DNA from: Lytechinus pictus
Lineage: Eukaryota
Length of the DNA stretch: 64,000 nucleotides
Reading direction: 5' to 3'
Assembly (NCBI RefSeq): GCF_037042905.1
Contig: NC_087250.1
Span: 18,230,001-18,294,000 of the forward strand
Each line of letters starts with the position of its first letter. Positions within the stretch are counted from its first letter, which is position 1. This document shows, piece after piece, positions 13,221-25,400 of this stretch. The notes beneath the pieces are model-generated. The model made no database searches and was not told the DNA's origin. It was given only the letters and a program-made list of their open reading frames with translations. Position numbers and translations under genes: made by a program.

Positions 13221-13805
13221 TATGAGGCGCCGAATGTACCAATATTATATAGAACAATTATTTGTTATATAATCATTATTTATTAAATAATAACTATTAT
13301 TTATATATAATTTACATTTTATTTGTAAATAACTACTATTATATAAAACATAATTTCTAATTATTTATATATAATTCCAAGTAATACTTCATTACTTGTA
13401 AATAATAATAGTTCGACATTCCATTATTTATAAATAATGACTATTTGTTTTTCAATATTTATAAATAATGATTATTTGTTTTTCATTATTTACAAATAAT
13501 GATTATTTGTTTTTCATTATTTATAAATAATGATCATTTGTTTTTCATTATTTATAAATAATGATTATTTGTTTTTCATTATTTATAAATAGTGATTATT
13601 TGTTTTTCATTATTTATAAATAATGATTATTTGTTTTTCATTATTTATAAATAATGATTATTTGTTTTTATATTATTTATAAATAATGACACTACATACT
13701 TCATTATTTATAAATAATGACACTACATACTTCATTATTTATAAATAATTGCAATTCGTTTTTCCGTTATTTATAAATAAGTTTTCTATTATTTATAAAT
13801 AATAA
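13221..13805 (+). repeat. Left TIR, outer segment, with a 31-bp AT-rich minisatellite (~8 copies)
   Basis: Reverse complement of ~49783-50461. The unit ttatttataaataatgattatttgtttttca contains the palindrome ttatttataaataa. Confidence 0.95.
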
Positions 13806-14164
13806 GATTATTCGAATAAGCGAAGAAGATAGTTTGCGAGAGAAGACAGGTCTTCTCAAAAAACCAATTATTGGCAAGCCATACACGGCCCGCGAAAACA
13901 AAGCGCGCCCCTGCGATTCCGCGGGAATTCTCCAAGGACACGCCCCCAGCAACATGTCTGTGATTGGCTGGGCATGTCATGGATGGCGCCGTTACACAGC
14001 GCCCTTGGTGACAGCCAGGCAACGGCAACGGGGGCACAGCCTCTACGCTAAAAAGAACCAATGAAATGCATTGAAAGAATTCAGGGACGTGCGCAATACG
14101 CGACAGATTTGGAAGCACATGTTCATTCTCAACTAAGCTCTGGGGGATGCAAGACGTTAATTTG
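13806..14164 (+). repeat. Repeat A1 (GC-rich, several CCAAT/ATTGG motifs; candidate promoter)
   Basis: Direct repeat of 18233-18591. It contains ccaatt, gattgg and ccaatg. Confidence 0.95.
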
Positions 14165-17100
14165 TAGTTCGCTATGAAACCGTTCTTGGATCATCATAGT
14201 TTAGGCCTCACTTTAGCAGGCTAATACAAACAATTCAAGTACTAGTATTGCTCATCCCAGGTCACAGGGATGTCAGGATAAAATGGATCCCGAGAAAATT
14301 AATTCTCAGCGTTTTTATCAACATTATGAATGGCTAGCCGTCCAGATCTCGCTGACGACACGCTGGTGGAGCTGCAGAGTGCAGTGAAGGGATGGACGGA
14401 TACAACGCTGAATTACCGAACCCCTACAGGGACTATCTCAGTTAGGCCGGGATCACCGTTCTCGTTAGAGGTCTAACGTTAGATCGACCGCTATTTTGCC
14501 ACGGTCTATCGGTGAGACTGCAGAGTTGGAATATACATCAGCTTCCACAGGAATAATAAGTACTTTCAGTCAAACGGAAGCTCTGACCAATGCCGTGAAT
14601 GAGGATATTTGCCGGAGTTGTTCTCCTATGAGTACAACTAGGCCGATTGTCTTTTGAGGCTGTGCCTGTGATAAAACTGCCGGCGATGCTTCGAGTTCGA
14701 TGGAGCTGGATCTAGGTGATTGTTGATGCGAATGGAGTGGAGTTAGGGCCCGGACCACAGTGTATATATCTTGACCCGGTGAGTGTTTGGATCCATGTTT
14801 GTACTTGTAGTTGCACATCTTGACCTAGACCTTAAATGAATTTGGCCTGAACCGGCCGCTATAGTATAGCTATTACTTAACTTGGGGCCCGGAACTCTAA
14901 CGTTATAACTTGTGATACTAGATCCAGGCCTATATCTATTGACCAAATTCAAAGTTCCAACTCAGACTAAATGTCCTCTGGGCCTGGATCTATCCCTATA
15001 ACCCCTTTGGCTTTGGTTCTAGGGCCAACTATGATATACGATATCGATCTAATAGGACCGAACATTTTTCAATATATTTCTAATGTGGTTGCGGGAATGC
15101 AGGATAAATGGAAACTGAAGGACCTAGGCTAGCTTCGACTCGGCTTGGTTTGCGACTGGAGTTGAGTTGCTCCATGAGTTAAGTTGATTCAATATGACTT
15201 TATGAGAGCGTTGGTAAGGGTCGAATCAGAGGGCTTGGCGTCGCGCCCCACTCGGAAAGGCAGCGTTGAACAGTGGACTGAGTTGAATTATCAAATATTA
15301 GGTCAAAACCTATCACAATATGAGTTTTTTGTATTGGATCTAATTAAAGGATCAACATTCTGTTTCGCCAGCTGAGTCCCGGCTCATGCTACAAAATAAA
15401 CAAAAAAGAAATAATCGATGCTCCATACACCAAGCTGGATCCCACGATAATTTGAGCCCATTGATCAGCTGGCATTTTGTAACCAAATTCCCCAAAATGA
15501 ACAGGATAGGGGCTATAAATGAAACTGGGGTGGCTGCCTTCGGTGTGAACAGGGATACGATAAATATGATGAAATAAACTGCATTCGCCTACCGGTACTA
15601 AAACGATATTATTTATTGAGATAGATGGTAGAGGTATAGGTCGATGTACCGTAATCCGTATTTTGCTGTCCATTGGGCGTGTGTAATAATAGTTATTTGC
15701 TTGGTCAACTTCATCCTGTTCTGGACCTACATGAATTAACTGGCAGCTTAGTTGCTTGATGAGGTTGGGGAATGCTAAGATACGTCATTTTTTATAGACC
15801 TCTATTACCAAATTTCAGTTCGGAAATGTAGTCAATGTATGCCCAGCGTCCGTACCACTTATCCCTTCTCGCCGGCCTCGAGTTTATAAGATGGCGTAAA
15901 GATAAAACATAACCACAATAAAATATACGTTGATTGTATCATTCCGGGTGAGGAGGGGAAGTTGAGGGCGTTTGTGCCCCCCCCCCCCGAAATGCTCAAA
16001 AGAGCCCTGGAAAACCCCATTTATTGCCATGTTAAAGCTTATCCAACGCTGTAGGTTCGGCCCCTAGTTGTGAAAAGTGAAGGGAACGAGTGCGGGATTC
16101 ACAAATTCATTGGCATACTTTTTAAAAGGGCGCCTTGGAAAATCCCCTTTTATTGCAATTCTGGAGCGTTGCAAGTTAAGGCGATTAGTTGTGGAAAGTA
16201 TAAGGGAACAGGTATGGAATTCCTTGCACACATTCTTGTCACGTTGTGTTGAACAATACTCTGCCGGAAGATTTGTTTGTTTTTTACCTCTCCAGGGACG
16301 TGGAGTCTGAAGTTAATTGGCCAGGGCACAAATGATCAAGCCTAGACCCAGACTGATGTACGAGGAGACTTAGCTAAGCTTGACCTGGACTGGTGTCCGA
16401 AGGGACAGGGCTTAGACTTGGCTTACTATGGTTCACATTGGATGACAGTGGTTGCAAAGGTTTTCACACTGCAAGATGAGAAATCCGGATTTATTTGAAG
16501 ATGCCGGATTTATGGTTTAACGTAATGCTCTAAATAGACGAGAGGTTGAGAAATGCAGTGATCAAGATCCTTAAGTCCAGACTTGAAGAGGAAACATGAA
16601 TAATCTCGAAGTTGTTGAGAAGTATAACCCTTTCGGAGAAAACTAAAAAACCTTGGAAAAAAGGGGCATTATGGGAACACCTTCAGTTCGTATCTATTTG
16701 TAATTCTGGGCAGCCAGCAAAGTCGGTTGAAGCATCGATAACCAAGAATATAAACAAAAACTGTGAGGCATGTCCCTCTGGTGCATTTATGTGCTTATAT
16801 ATGTCTCTTCCTTTAAGACATAACCTCACCTGTTGTAAGAGGCGATCTCATATATGAAGCCAACTTGAATGTGGGAATGCACGCCTTGATTTTTATGCCC
16901 CCATTTAACTTCATTAATCGATGTGGAATGGATATTATTTGTTTCGATTCACACTGGTGACCAAAAACGGAAAAAAAAAAAGAAAAAAAAAAAAGAGAGA
17001 AAAAAAAAAAAAAAAACTTGCGAACAACATTCACTCGCAGGGGGAATGAAATAAGCAAGGATGCGATGTTGTCAAGCTTGTTAATGGTTTAGAGTGAGAA

Positions 17101-17761
17101 TGGTTGGCCAATGTCCAATTGATGTAGAAATATTTATAACAACTTGGAGGTGTAGACGAAGAGTATGGTATATGATGCGTCCATTCGTTGATCGCATGAG
17201 ATTGCTTTGTATGGAATAATTTTTTGATTGTTGACTATCCATTCCGATGGCTGGCATGGTTTATTGATCATTAACTTAGTTGTTGTCCTTGATTATTGAA
17301 TTGGCTGGGTTGTCGAGCGTGAAAACTCACTTTTGAACTTATGGCTTGGTTGGGCTTGGTTACAGAATTACCGACTGATTATTATCGGTAGCTTTGACAT
17401 CAGCTTTCCAGGGGAGGCAATGGTTTGATAATTTAAAGTCGACGGCACCGATGCACGGCCCTCTATTCTACCATTTAGGGTCGCCGCCGAGGAGGCAGAA
17501 TATGGGACAAAAGAAGATGACGCTCATATTATATATTTTGGTCCTAGTGCAGAGGACAAGGGAGAGAGAGCATAATTTATGGGTTTCCGAAACCATGAGT
17601 TGCAACCAGGAAACCAGACGCGATGGTTTGGGAGGGATGGCCTTGACATGAAGGGACTCCCAAAATCCAATAGTGTTTGCCAAGTGTCACGGCCAAAAAA
17701 AAAAAAAAAAAAAAAAAATGATTATTTGGGGCTTTCGCTTTTTTGTGGGTATTTTTTTTAT

Positions 17762-18591
17762 ATCGGTCAAATTTCAACACCAGGGGGAGGCACTGTATAC
17801 TAATTATGTCAAGAAAATCGGGACAGGGGAACCCAACTTTCCAAAGTCTCCTGGTTTGGAAGTCCGGCTGGATGTCTTCCGGCAGGTTCCCCTTCCAAGA
17901 ATTCACGTTCTGGTCTTGAAGCCTCTCCCCCAATTTTATTTCACACATGAGATAATCTTGTATTGAATAGATGATAAATGTAAAGAGGGGAATCCGCACC
18001 CCAGGAAATACCTGTCCTGGGATCCCGTTGGATCTCTTCCTTCTGGGAGGTCACGTGACCCGGTTTCCCCCTTAAAATCTGGTTGATTGTGGCTTGATGA
18101 ATATTGTTTAGAAACTGTGTACTTGTTAAAATATTGTAAATGTCGTTTTAATGATTCTGGTAAAATCCCCCAGAGGCAATAAAGTTGAGAAACGGCAATT
18201 TCATGTTCGATCTGTATTTATTCTCGCAATAAGATTATTCGAATAAGCGAAGAAGATAGCTTGCGAGAGAAGACAGGTCTTCTCAAAAAACCAATTATTG
18301 GCAAGCCATACACGGCCCGCGAAAACAAAGCGCGCCCCTGCGATTCCGCGGGAATTCTCCAAGGACACGCCCCCAGCAACATGTCTGTGATTGGCTGGGC
18401 ATGTCATGGATGGCGCCGTTACACAGCGCCCTTGGTGACAGCCAGGCAACGGCAACGGGGGCACAGCCTCTACGCTAAAAAGAACCAATGAAATGCATTG
18501 AAAGAATTCAGGGACGTGCGCAATACGCGACAGATTTGGAAGCACATGTTCATTCTCAACTAAGCTCTGGGGGATGCAAGACGTTAATTTG
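17762..18591 (+). repeat. Abutting B1-A2 junction
   Basis: ...tttattctcgc AATAA gattattcgaataagcg... joins the element's right end to its left end. An AATAAA signal lies ~45 bp before the end of B. Confidence 0.95.
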
Positions 18592-18859
18592 CCCTCCCTC
18601 CCGCCCATTTAATAATGGTTGTGAGTGGTTGGTTATAATATTGTCAGGGTCGGAGGGTATTGTTTCTGCCTCCAAAAATGTGGTACACATGTTATGAAAA
18701 AAGATGGATGATATAATACATGGTTGTTAATAATTCTGTCGTGATTTTTGTTTATACTCAAATCTGTCAAAGGCGATTGTGCTAATTAATCTAAATGTGG
18801 TAATAGCGAATTTTAAAGACGGGGCTCGAGATTGCTCAATGAGCCTGTTTAAGTGCAAA

Positions 18860-20225
18860 TTGTGCCGGTTACAGTTGATTGAAATAACCTTATATTTTGG
18901 TTGGTTATACTGTTGATAGATAACATGGATTTATTTTGGTTGGTTGGCTGGGCATGTGTTTGGATAGAATTGCATTGGTTGCATAGGCTTGTATTAGTTG
19001 ACTGGATGGGCTTGATTGGCTTGTTGGTCGGATAGACTTGCATTGGTTGGTTGGGCGATATGTTTGGTTGTTTATTATCATAAGGATCCACGCTCTACAA
19101 GCAAGGCTTTTAGTGGATCCCCTCATTTCCAAACAAGTTCTTGTTAATACAATTGCCCAAATTTTCATAATTTGTCTATAGTTGATTTGTAATTACAATT
19201 GTTGTGTATTTGTGTTTATGCATTTAGTGCATATTTGATTTGTACCGTGATTTTTTTATGATGTACATGACGGAAGTTCAAAATGAACTCGTTTTTATTC
19301 GGTTGGATGTGCTTGCGCTGGTTGGGTGGATGGGCTTGCTATGATTGGTTGGTTGGTTATAATGATCATAGATTCACGCTCTCCAAGTAGTTATTTTAGT
19401 GGATCCCCTCATTTCCAACCAAGCTATTAATACTTTTGTACAAATTTTAAAATTTTGTCTGTAGTGGACCGGCAATTACAATTTATATGTATTTGCAAAT
19501 TGTTTATGCGCACTATGATGCATATTTAATTCGTGTTTGTATTTGGTAATGATGTACAAGATGAACTGAAATTTGTTTGGTGGCTTTATATGGTTGGTTG
19601 GCTGGGCTTGTTCTGGTTGACTACAATTGCACAAATTTTCATAATTTGCAGTTGATTTGGAATTATAATTGATGTGTATTTGTGTTAATGCATTTGATGC
19701 ATATTGATTGGTACCGTAATTTTTTTTGTGATGTACATGACGGAAGTTCAAAAGGAACTTGTTTTGTTTGGTTGGATGGGCTAACATTGGTTGGATCATG
19801 GACCTACTGGTTGGATGTTTGGGCTTGTTATGATTAGTTGATTGGTTATGATCATATCGATCCACGCTCTATCAGCAGATCCTTTAAAAAGATCCCCTCA
19901 GTTTCAACCAAGCTGATAATACTATTGTACAAATATTGAAATTGTGTCCGTAGTTGACTTGTAATTACAATTGATATGTATTGTCATTGTTTATGCATCA
20001 TATCATTTATAATTGATTTATGTTTGTATGTGGTAATGATGTACAAGGTGAACTTAAACTCGTTTGGCTAGTTAGGTTGGCTTTACATGGTTGGATGGTT
20101 GGATGGGCTTGTTATGGTTGGTTGGTCGGGCTTGTTATGGTTGGTTGGTCGGGCTTGATATGGTTGGTTGGATGGGCTTGTTTTGGCTGGTAGGATGGGC
20201 TTGTTTTGGTGTTTGGCCTGATTAC
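18860..20225 (+). repeat. TTGG-rich, strand-skewed degenerate tandem repeats in the A2-B2 spacer
   Basis: gatccacgctct...gatcccctca...aag recurs at ~19086, ~19371 and ~19858. ~23-bp tggttggtyggrtgggcttgtta-like units occur at 20088-20205. Confidence 0.8.
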
Positions 20226-20242
20226 TGAGTATTTTTTCTTAG

Positions 20243-20708
20243 ATCGGTCAAATTTCAACACCAGGGGGAGGCACTGTATACTAATTATGTCAAGAAAATC
20301 GGGACAGGGGAACCCAACTTTCCAAAGTCTCCTGGTTTGGAAGTCCGGCTGGATGTCTTCCGGCAGGTTCCCCTTCCAAGAATTCACGTTCTGGTCTTGA
20401 AGCCTCTCCCCCAATTTTATTTCACACATGAGATAATCTTGTATTGAATAGATGATAAATGTAAAGAGGGGAATCCGCACCCCAGGAAATACCTGTCCTG
20501 GGATCCCGTTGGATCTCTTCCTTCTGGGAGGTCACGTGACCCGGTTTCCCCCTTAAAATCTGGTTGATTGTGGCTTGATGAATATTGTTTAGAAACTGTG
20601 TACTTGTTAAAATATTGTAAATGTCGTTTTAATGATTCTGGTAAAATCCCCCAGAGGCAATAAAGTTGAGAAACGGCAATTTCATGTTCGATCTGTATTT
20701 ATTCTCGC
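20243..20708 (+). repeat. Repeat B2 (3' terminal)
   Basis: Direct repeat of 17762-18227. Confidence 0.95.
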
Positions 20709-20713
20709 AATAA

Positions 20714-21875
20714 TTATTTATTATCAATGCCAGTGCACATTTCTTTATTTATAAATAATTTGTTGAGTTTTCCATTATTTATAAATAAAGATTATTTGTT
20801 AAATTATGAAATATCTACTTCATTATTTATAAATAATAATTTAGTTTCAATATCCCATTATTTATAAATAATCATTATTTATAAACAATTTTTACAGTTT
20901 GCCATTATATACAAATAATCATTATTTATATACAAATAACCATTATTTATTAAATAATGCCATTATTTATTAAATAATGCCATTATTTATTAAATAATGG
21001 AAAACTCGCTATAACATGCAAATGTGGGACCGCCCATGATATGAATATTCATGATGCGATTTCCTTTTTCGTGATTTTTCTTCACAAATTTTTGTCCATT
21101 TCCTCTTCATAATGACATTTCTTGAAGCAATTTTCTAGGGATATGGTCTGATTGTAATATTCTTCATTTTCTATATAACTTCGTCTTCGTAGAAATATCA
21201 AAAAGTGTAATTTTATACGGTTTTTCCTACAGTTCACAATCCCCATAGGCGCGCGTGTATCGTGGGGACAACCGGTGAATCGACGGAGTGCTCTTCATCG
21301 AAATACTACGTTGGTTGGTCCCCGGAAGTGGCTGGCGGAATTTAGCCCGAATCCTCGATGGAAGTCGATCAAGTGCATATGAGCTGAGAGAGTGAAATAT
21401 CAGTGTACTTGTACAGGCCCTTCTACTTTTTATAAATATTTCTTGTTGCTTTTTTTGTTAAGTTAATTTTTCCTGGTGTAGAGATAAGTTTCAGTTCTAA
21501 TAATGCACTTCAAATACATTTTGGAGTGTCTGTTTGGGGCGATTTCACCCTGGCCCCAAAATGCTCGCAACGACAATACGGGGGCATGATGACCCCTAAT
21601 TTTTTTCTATTGAAAATTATCACAAAATTCACCAAAAGTGTGCACGAAAGCCTTCGTATTTCACTTTTAAAACTCCAAAAAGTGCCAAAATGACAAGCTT
21701 GGTCGCTTCGGTGTGTCGCTTTCAACTTGAGAAAGTTTACGCGTCTGCTTCCCCCCCCCCCTCCTCCGAAAGAAATTCTGTATACGGCCATGCTCTAAAG
21801 AGCCTGGCACATTGATTTATGTATACTTCATTTTCATTATTTTTATCTCATTATCATCATGGCCTTACGCAGAAT
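20714..21875 (+). repeat. Left TIR, inner segment (resumes after the SDR insertion)
   Basis: Reverse complement of ~48479-49782 with few substitutions and some indels. Confidence 0.95.
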
Positions 21876-22413
21876 CGGATCAAAAATCAGATCGAAAATC
21901 GGATCGGCAGTTAAGCTTCTAAAATCGAAATCGAATCGAAAATCGAATCGGCGATGTTTAAAAACAAAGGAATACATCAAAATGTTGTTCGCGGTCGCGC
22001 GCATCTTCCTGACAAAGTCACAAAGACGAATGCATTGGAATGGAAGTCGCCAACATGCGCGATCGTTTGGAACATGTTTTAAAGCCAGGGGTTTTGAGGT
22101 GTTATTGCTTTAAAATAAACCGAGTGATTTTTATTAGAAAGATAAACGAAAGACGCATCTTCCGAGCAAAGGCGCAAAGGAAAATAAAATGAAAATATTT
22201 CTCATAGATCACAGGTTAATGAACGATCGGCGGGACATCTTTTAGAAGTATTTCTAGGTGCTAGCGATTTAGAATTATTGGAATGATCTCTTACGACGCA
22301 TCATCTTAAAGTCGCAAGTGCAATTAAAATGAAGTAGACGACGCAAGCACACACGATGATTTGAAATATGTTATTAAAATGTTTTGGGTAGCTAGCGTTT
22401 TCAAATCAATTTG

Positions 22414-25400
22414 AAGTTCACGGCGGGGTCCGCTATCACCACGAGGTTGAAGAGAAGATGTCTATCATCATAAAGGGGGTAAGAGAGTAGCGCAGTGAGC
22501 TCCGTCAGTAGCACGATCTTTAAAAGTTCACGGCGGGGTCCGCTATCACCACGAGGTTGAAAATAAAATGTAAATCATCACAAACGATGTAAGAGAGTAA
22601 CGCAATGAGCTCCGTCAATAGTACGACCTTTCAAAGTTCACGGCGGCATCCGCTATCACCACGAGGTTGAAAATAAAATGTATATCATCATAAACGATGT
22701 AAGAGAGTAACGCAATAAGCTCCGTCAATAGTACAGTCTTTAAAAGTTTCTGGCGGGGTCCGCTATCACCACGAGGTTGAAGAGAAGATTTATATCATTA
22801 TAAACGATGTAAGAGATTAGCGCAGTGAGCTCCGTCGGTAATACGACCTTTCAAAGTTCACGGCGGCTTCCGCTATCACCACGAGGTTGAAAATAAAATG
22901 AATATCATCATAAACGATGTAAGAGAGTAACGCAATAAGCTCCGTCAGTAGCACGATCTTTAAAAGTTCACGGCGGGGTCCGCTATCACCACGAGGTTGA
23001 AAATAAAATGTAAATCATCATAAACGATGTAAGAGAGTAACGCAATGAGCTCCGTCAATAGTACGACCTTTCAAAGTTCACGGCGGCATCCGCTATCACC
23101 ACGAGGTTGAAAATAAAATGTATATCATCATAAACGATGTAAGAGAGTAACGCAATAAGCTCCGTCAGTAGCACGATCTTTAAAAGTTCACGGCGGCATC
23201 CGCTATCACCACGAGGTTGAAAATAAAATGTATATCATCATAAACGATGTAAGAGAGTAACGCAATAAGCTCCGTCAATAGTACAGTCTTTAAAAGTTTC
23301 TGGCGGGGTCCGCTATCACCACGAGGTTGAAGAGAAGATTTATATCATTATAAACGATGTAAGAGAGTAGCGCAGTGAGCTCCGTCGGTAATACGACCTT
23401 TCAAAGTTCACGGCGGCTTCCGCTATCACCACGAGGTTGAAAATAAAATGAATATCATCATAAACGATGTAAGAGAGTAACGCAATAAGCTCCGTCAGTA
23501 GCACGATCTTTAAAAGTTCACGGCGGGGTCCGCTATCACCACGAGGTTGAAAATAAAATGTAAATCATCATAAACGATGTAAGAGAGTAACGCAATGAGC
23601 TCCGTCAATAGTACGACCTTTCAAACTTCATGGCGGCATCCGCTATCACCACGAGGTTGAAAATAAAATGTATATCATCATAAACGATGTAAGAGAGTAA
23701 CGCAATAAGCTCCGTCAGTAGCACGATCTTTAAAAGTTCACGGCGGGGTCCGCTATCACCACGAGGTTGAAAATAAAATGTAAATCATCATAAACGATGA
23801 AAGAGAGTAACGCAATGAGCTCCGTCAATAGTACAGTCTTTAAAAGTTTCTGGCGGGGTCCGCTATCACCACGAGGTTGAAGAGAAGATTTATATCATTA
23901 TAAACGATGTAAGAGAGTAGCGCAGTGAGCTCCGTCGGTAATACGACCTTTCAAAGTTCACGGCGGCTTCCGCTATCACCACGAGGTTGAAAATAAAATG
24001 AATATCATCATAAACGATGTAAGAGAGTAACGCAATAAGCTCCGTCAGTAGCACGATCTTTAAAAGTTCACGGCGGGGTCCGCTATCACCACGAGGTTGA
24101 AAGAAAAATGTAAATCATCATAAACGATGTAAGAGAGTAACGCAATGAGCTCCGTCAAAAGTACGACCTTTCAAAGTTCACGGCGGCATCCGCTATCACC
24201 ACGAGGTTGAAAATAAAATGTATATCATTATAAACGATGTAAGAGAGTAACGCAATAAGCTCCGTCAGTAGCACGATCTTTAAAAGTTCACGGCGGGGTC
24301 CGCTATCACCACGAGGTTGAAAGTAAAATGAAAAATCATCATAAACGATGTAAGAGAGTAACGCAATAAGCTCCGTCAATAGTACGATCTTTAAAAGTTC
24401 ACGGCGGGGTCCGCTATCACCACGAGGTTGAAAATAAAATGTAAATCATCATAAACGATGTAAGAGAGTAACGCAATGAGCTCCGTCAATAGTACGACCT
24501 TTCAAAGTTCACGGCGGCATCCGCTATCACCACGAGGTTGAAAATGAAATGTATATCATTATAAACGATGTAAGAGAGTAACGCAATAAGCTCCGTCAGT
24601 AGCACGATCTTTAAAAGTTCACGGCGGGGTCCGCTATCACCACGAGGTTGAAAATAAAATGAAAAATCATCATAAACGATGTAAGAGAGTAACGCAATGA
24701 GCTCCGTCAATAGTACGACCTTTCAAAGTTCACGGCGGCATCCGCTATCACCACGAGGTTGAAAATAAAATGTATATCATCATAAACGATGTAAGAGAGT
24801 AACGCAATAAGCTCCGTCAATAGTACAGTCTTTAAAAGTTCACGGCGGGGTCCGCTATCACCACGAGGTTGAAGAGAAGATTTATATCATTATAAACGAT
24901 GTAAGAGAGTAGCGCAGTGGGCTCCGTCGGTAATACGACCTTTCAAAGTTCACGGCGGCTTCCGCTATCACCACGAGGTTGAAAATAAAATGTAAATCAT
25001 CATAAACGATGTAAGAGAGTAACGCAATGAGCTCCGTCAATAGTACGACCTTTCAAAGTTCACGGCGGCATCCGCTATCACCACGAGGTTGAAAATAAAA
25101 TGTATATCATCATAAACGATGTAAGAGAGTAACGCAATAAGCTCCGTCAGTAGCACGATCTTTAAAAGTTCACGGCGGCATCCGCTATCACCACGAGGTT
25201 GAAAATAAAATGTATATCATCATAAACGATGTAAGAGAGTAACGCAATAAGCTCCGTCAATAGTACAGTCTTTAAAAGTTTCTGGCGGGGTCCGCTATCA
25301 CCACGAGGTTGAAGAGAAGATTTATATCATTATAAACGATGTAAGAGAGTAGCGCAGTGAGCTCCGTCGGTAATACGACCTTTCAAAGTTCACGGCGGCT

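Larger units (their letters stand above)
13801..20713 (+). mobile_element. Non-coding split-direct-repeat element (A1...B1-A2...B2) with Ngaro/PAT-type YR retrotransposon architecture
   Basis: A1 13806-14164 matches A2 18233-18591 (359 bp, one mismatch seen). B1 17762-18227 matches B2 20243-20708 (466 bp, no mismatch seen). AATAA occurs at 13801-13805, 18228-18232 and 20709-20713. The empty site is preserved in the right TIR (~49775-49800). Confidence 0.85.

Noticed and set aside
13767..20480. Duplicated ORFs in repeats A and B (MREKTGLL..., MRIPLFTF...)
   Set aside because: They recur only because the DNA is repeated. They are short, use non-ATG starts and show no recognisable domains.
13801..20713. 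Conventional LTR retrotransposon or solo LTRs
   Set aside because: No TG...CA ends, primer-binding site or single terminal repeat pair. The two ends are different sequences (A and B) that abut internally.
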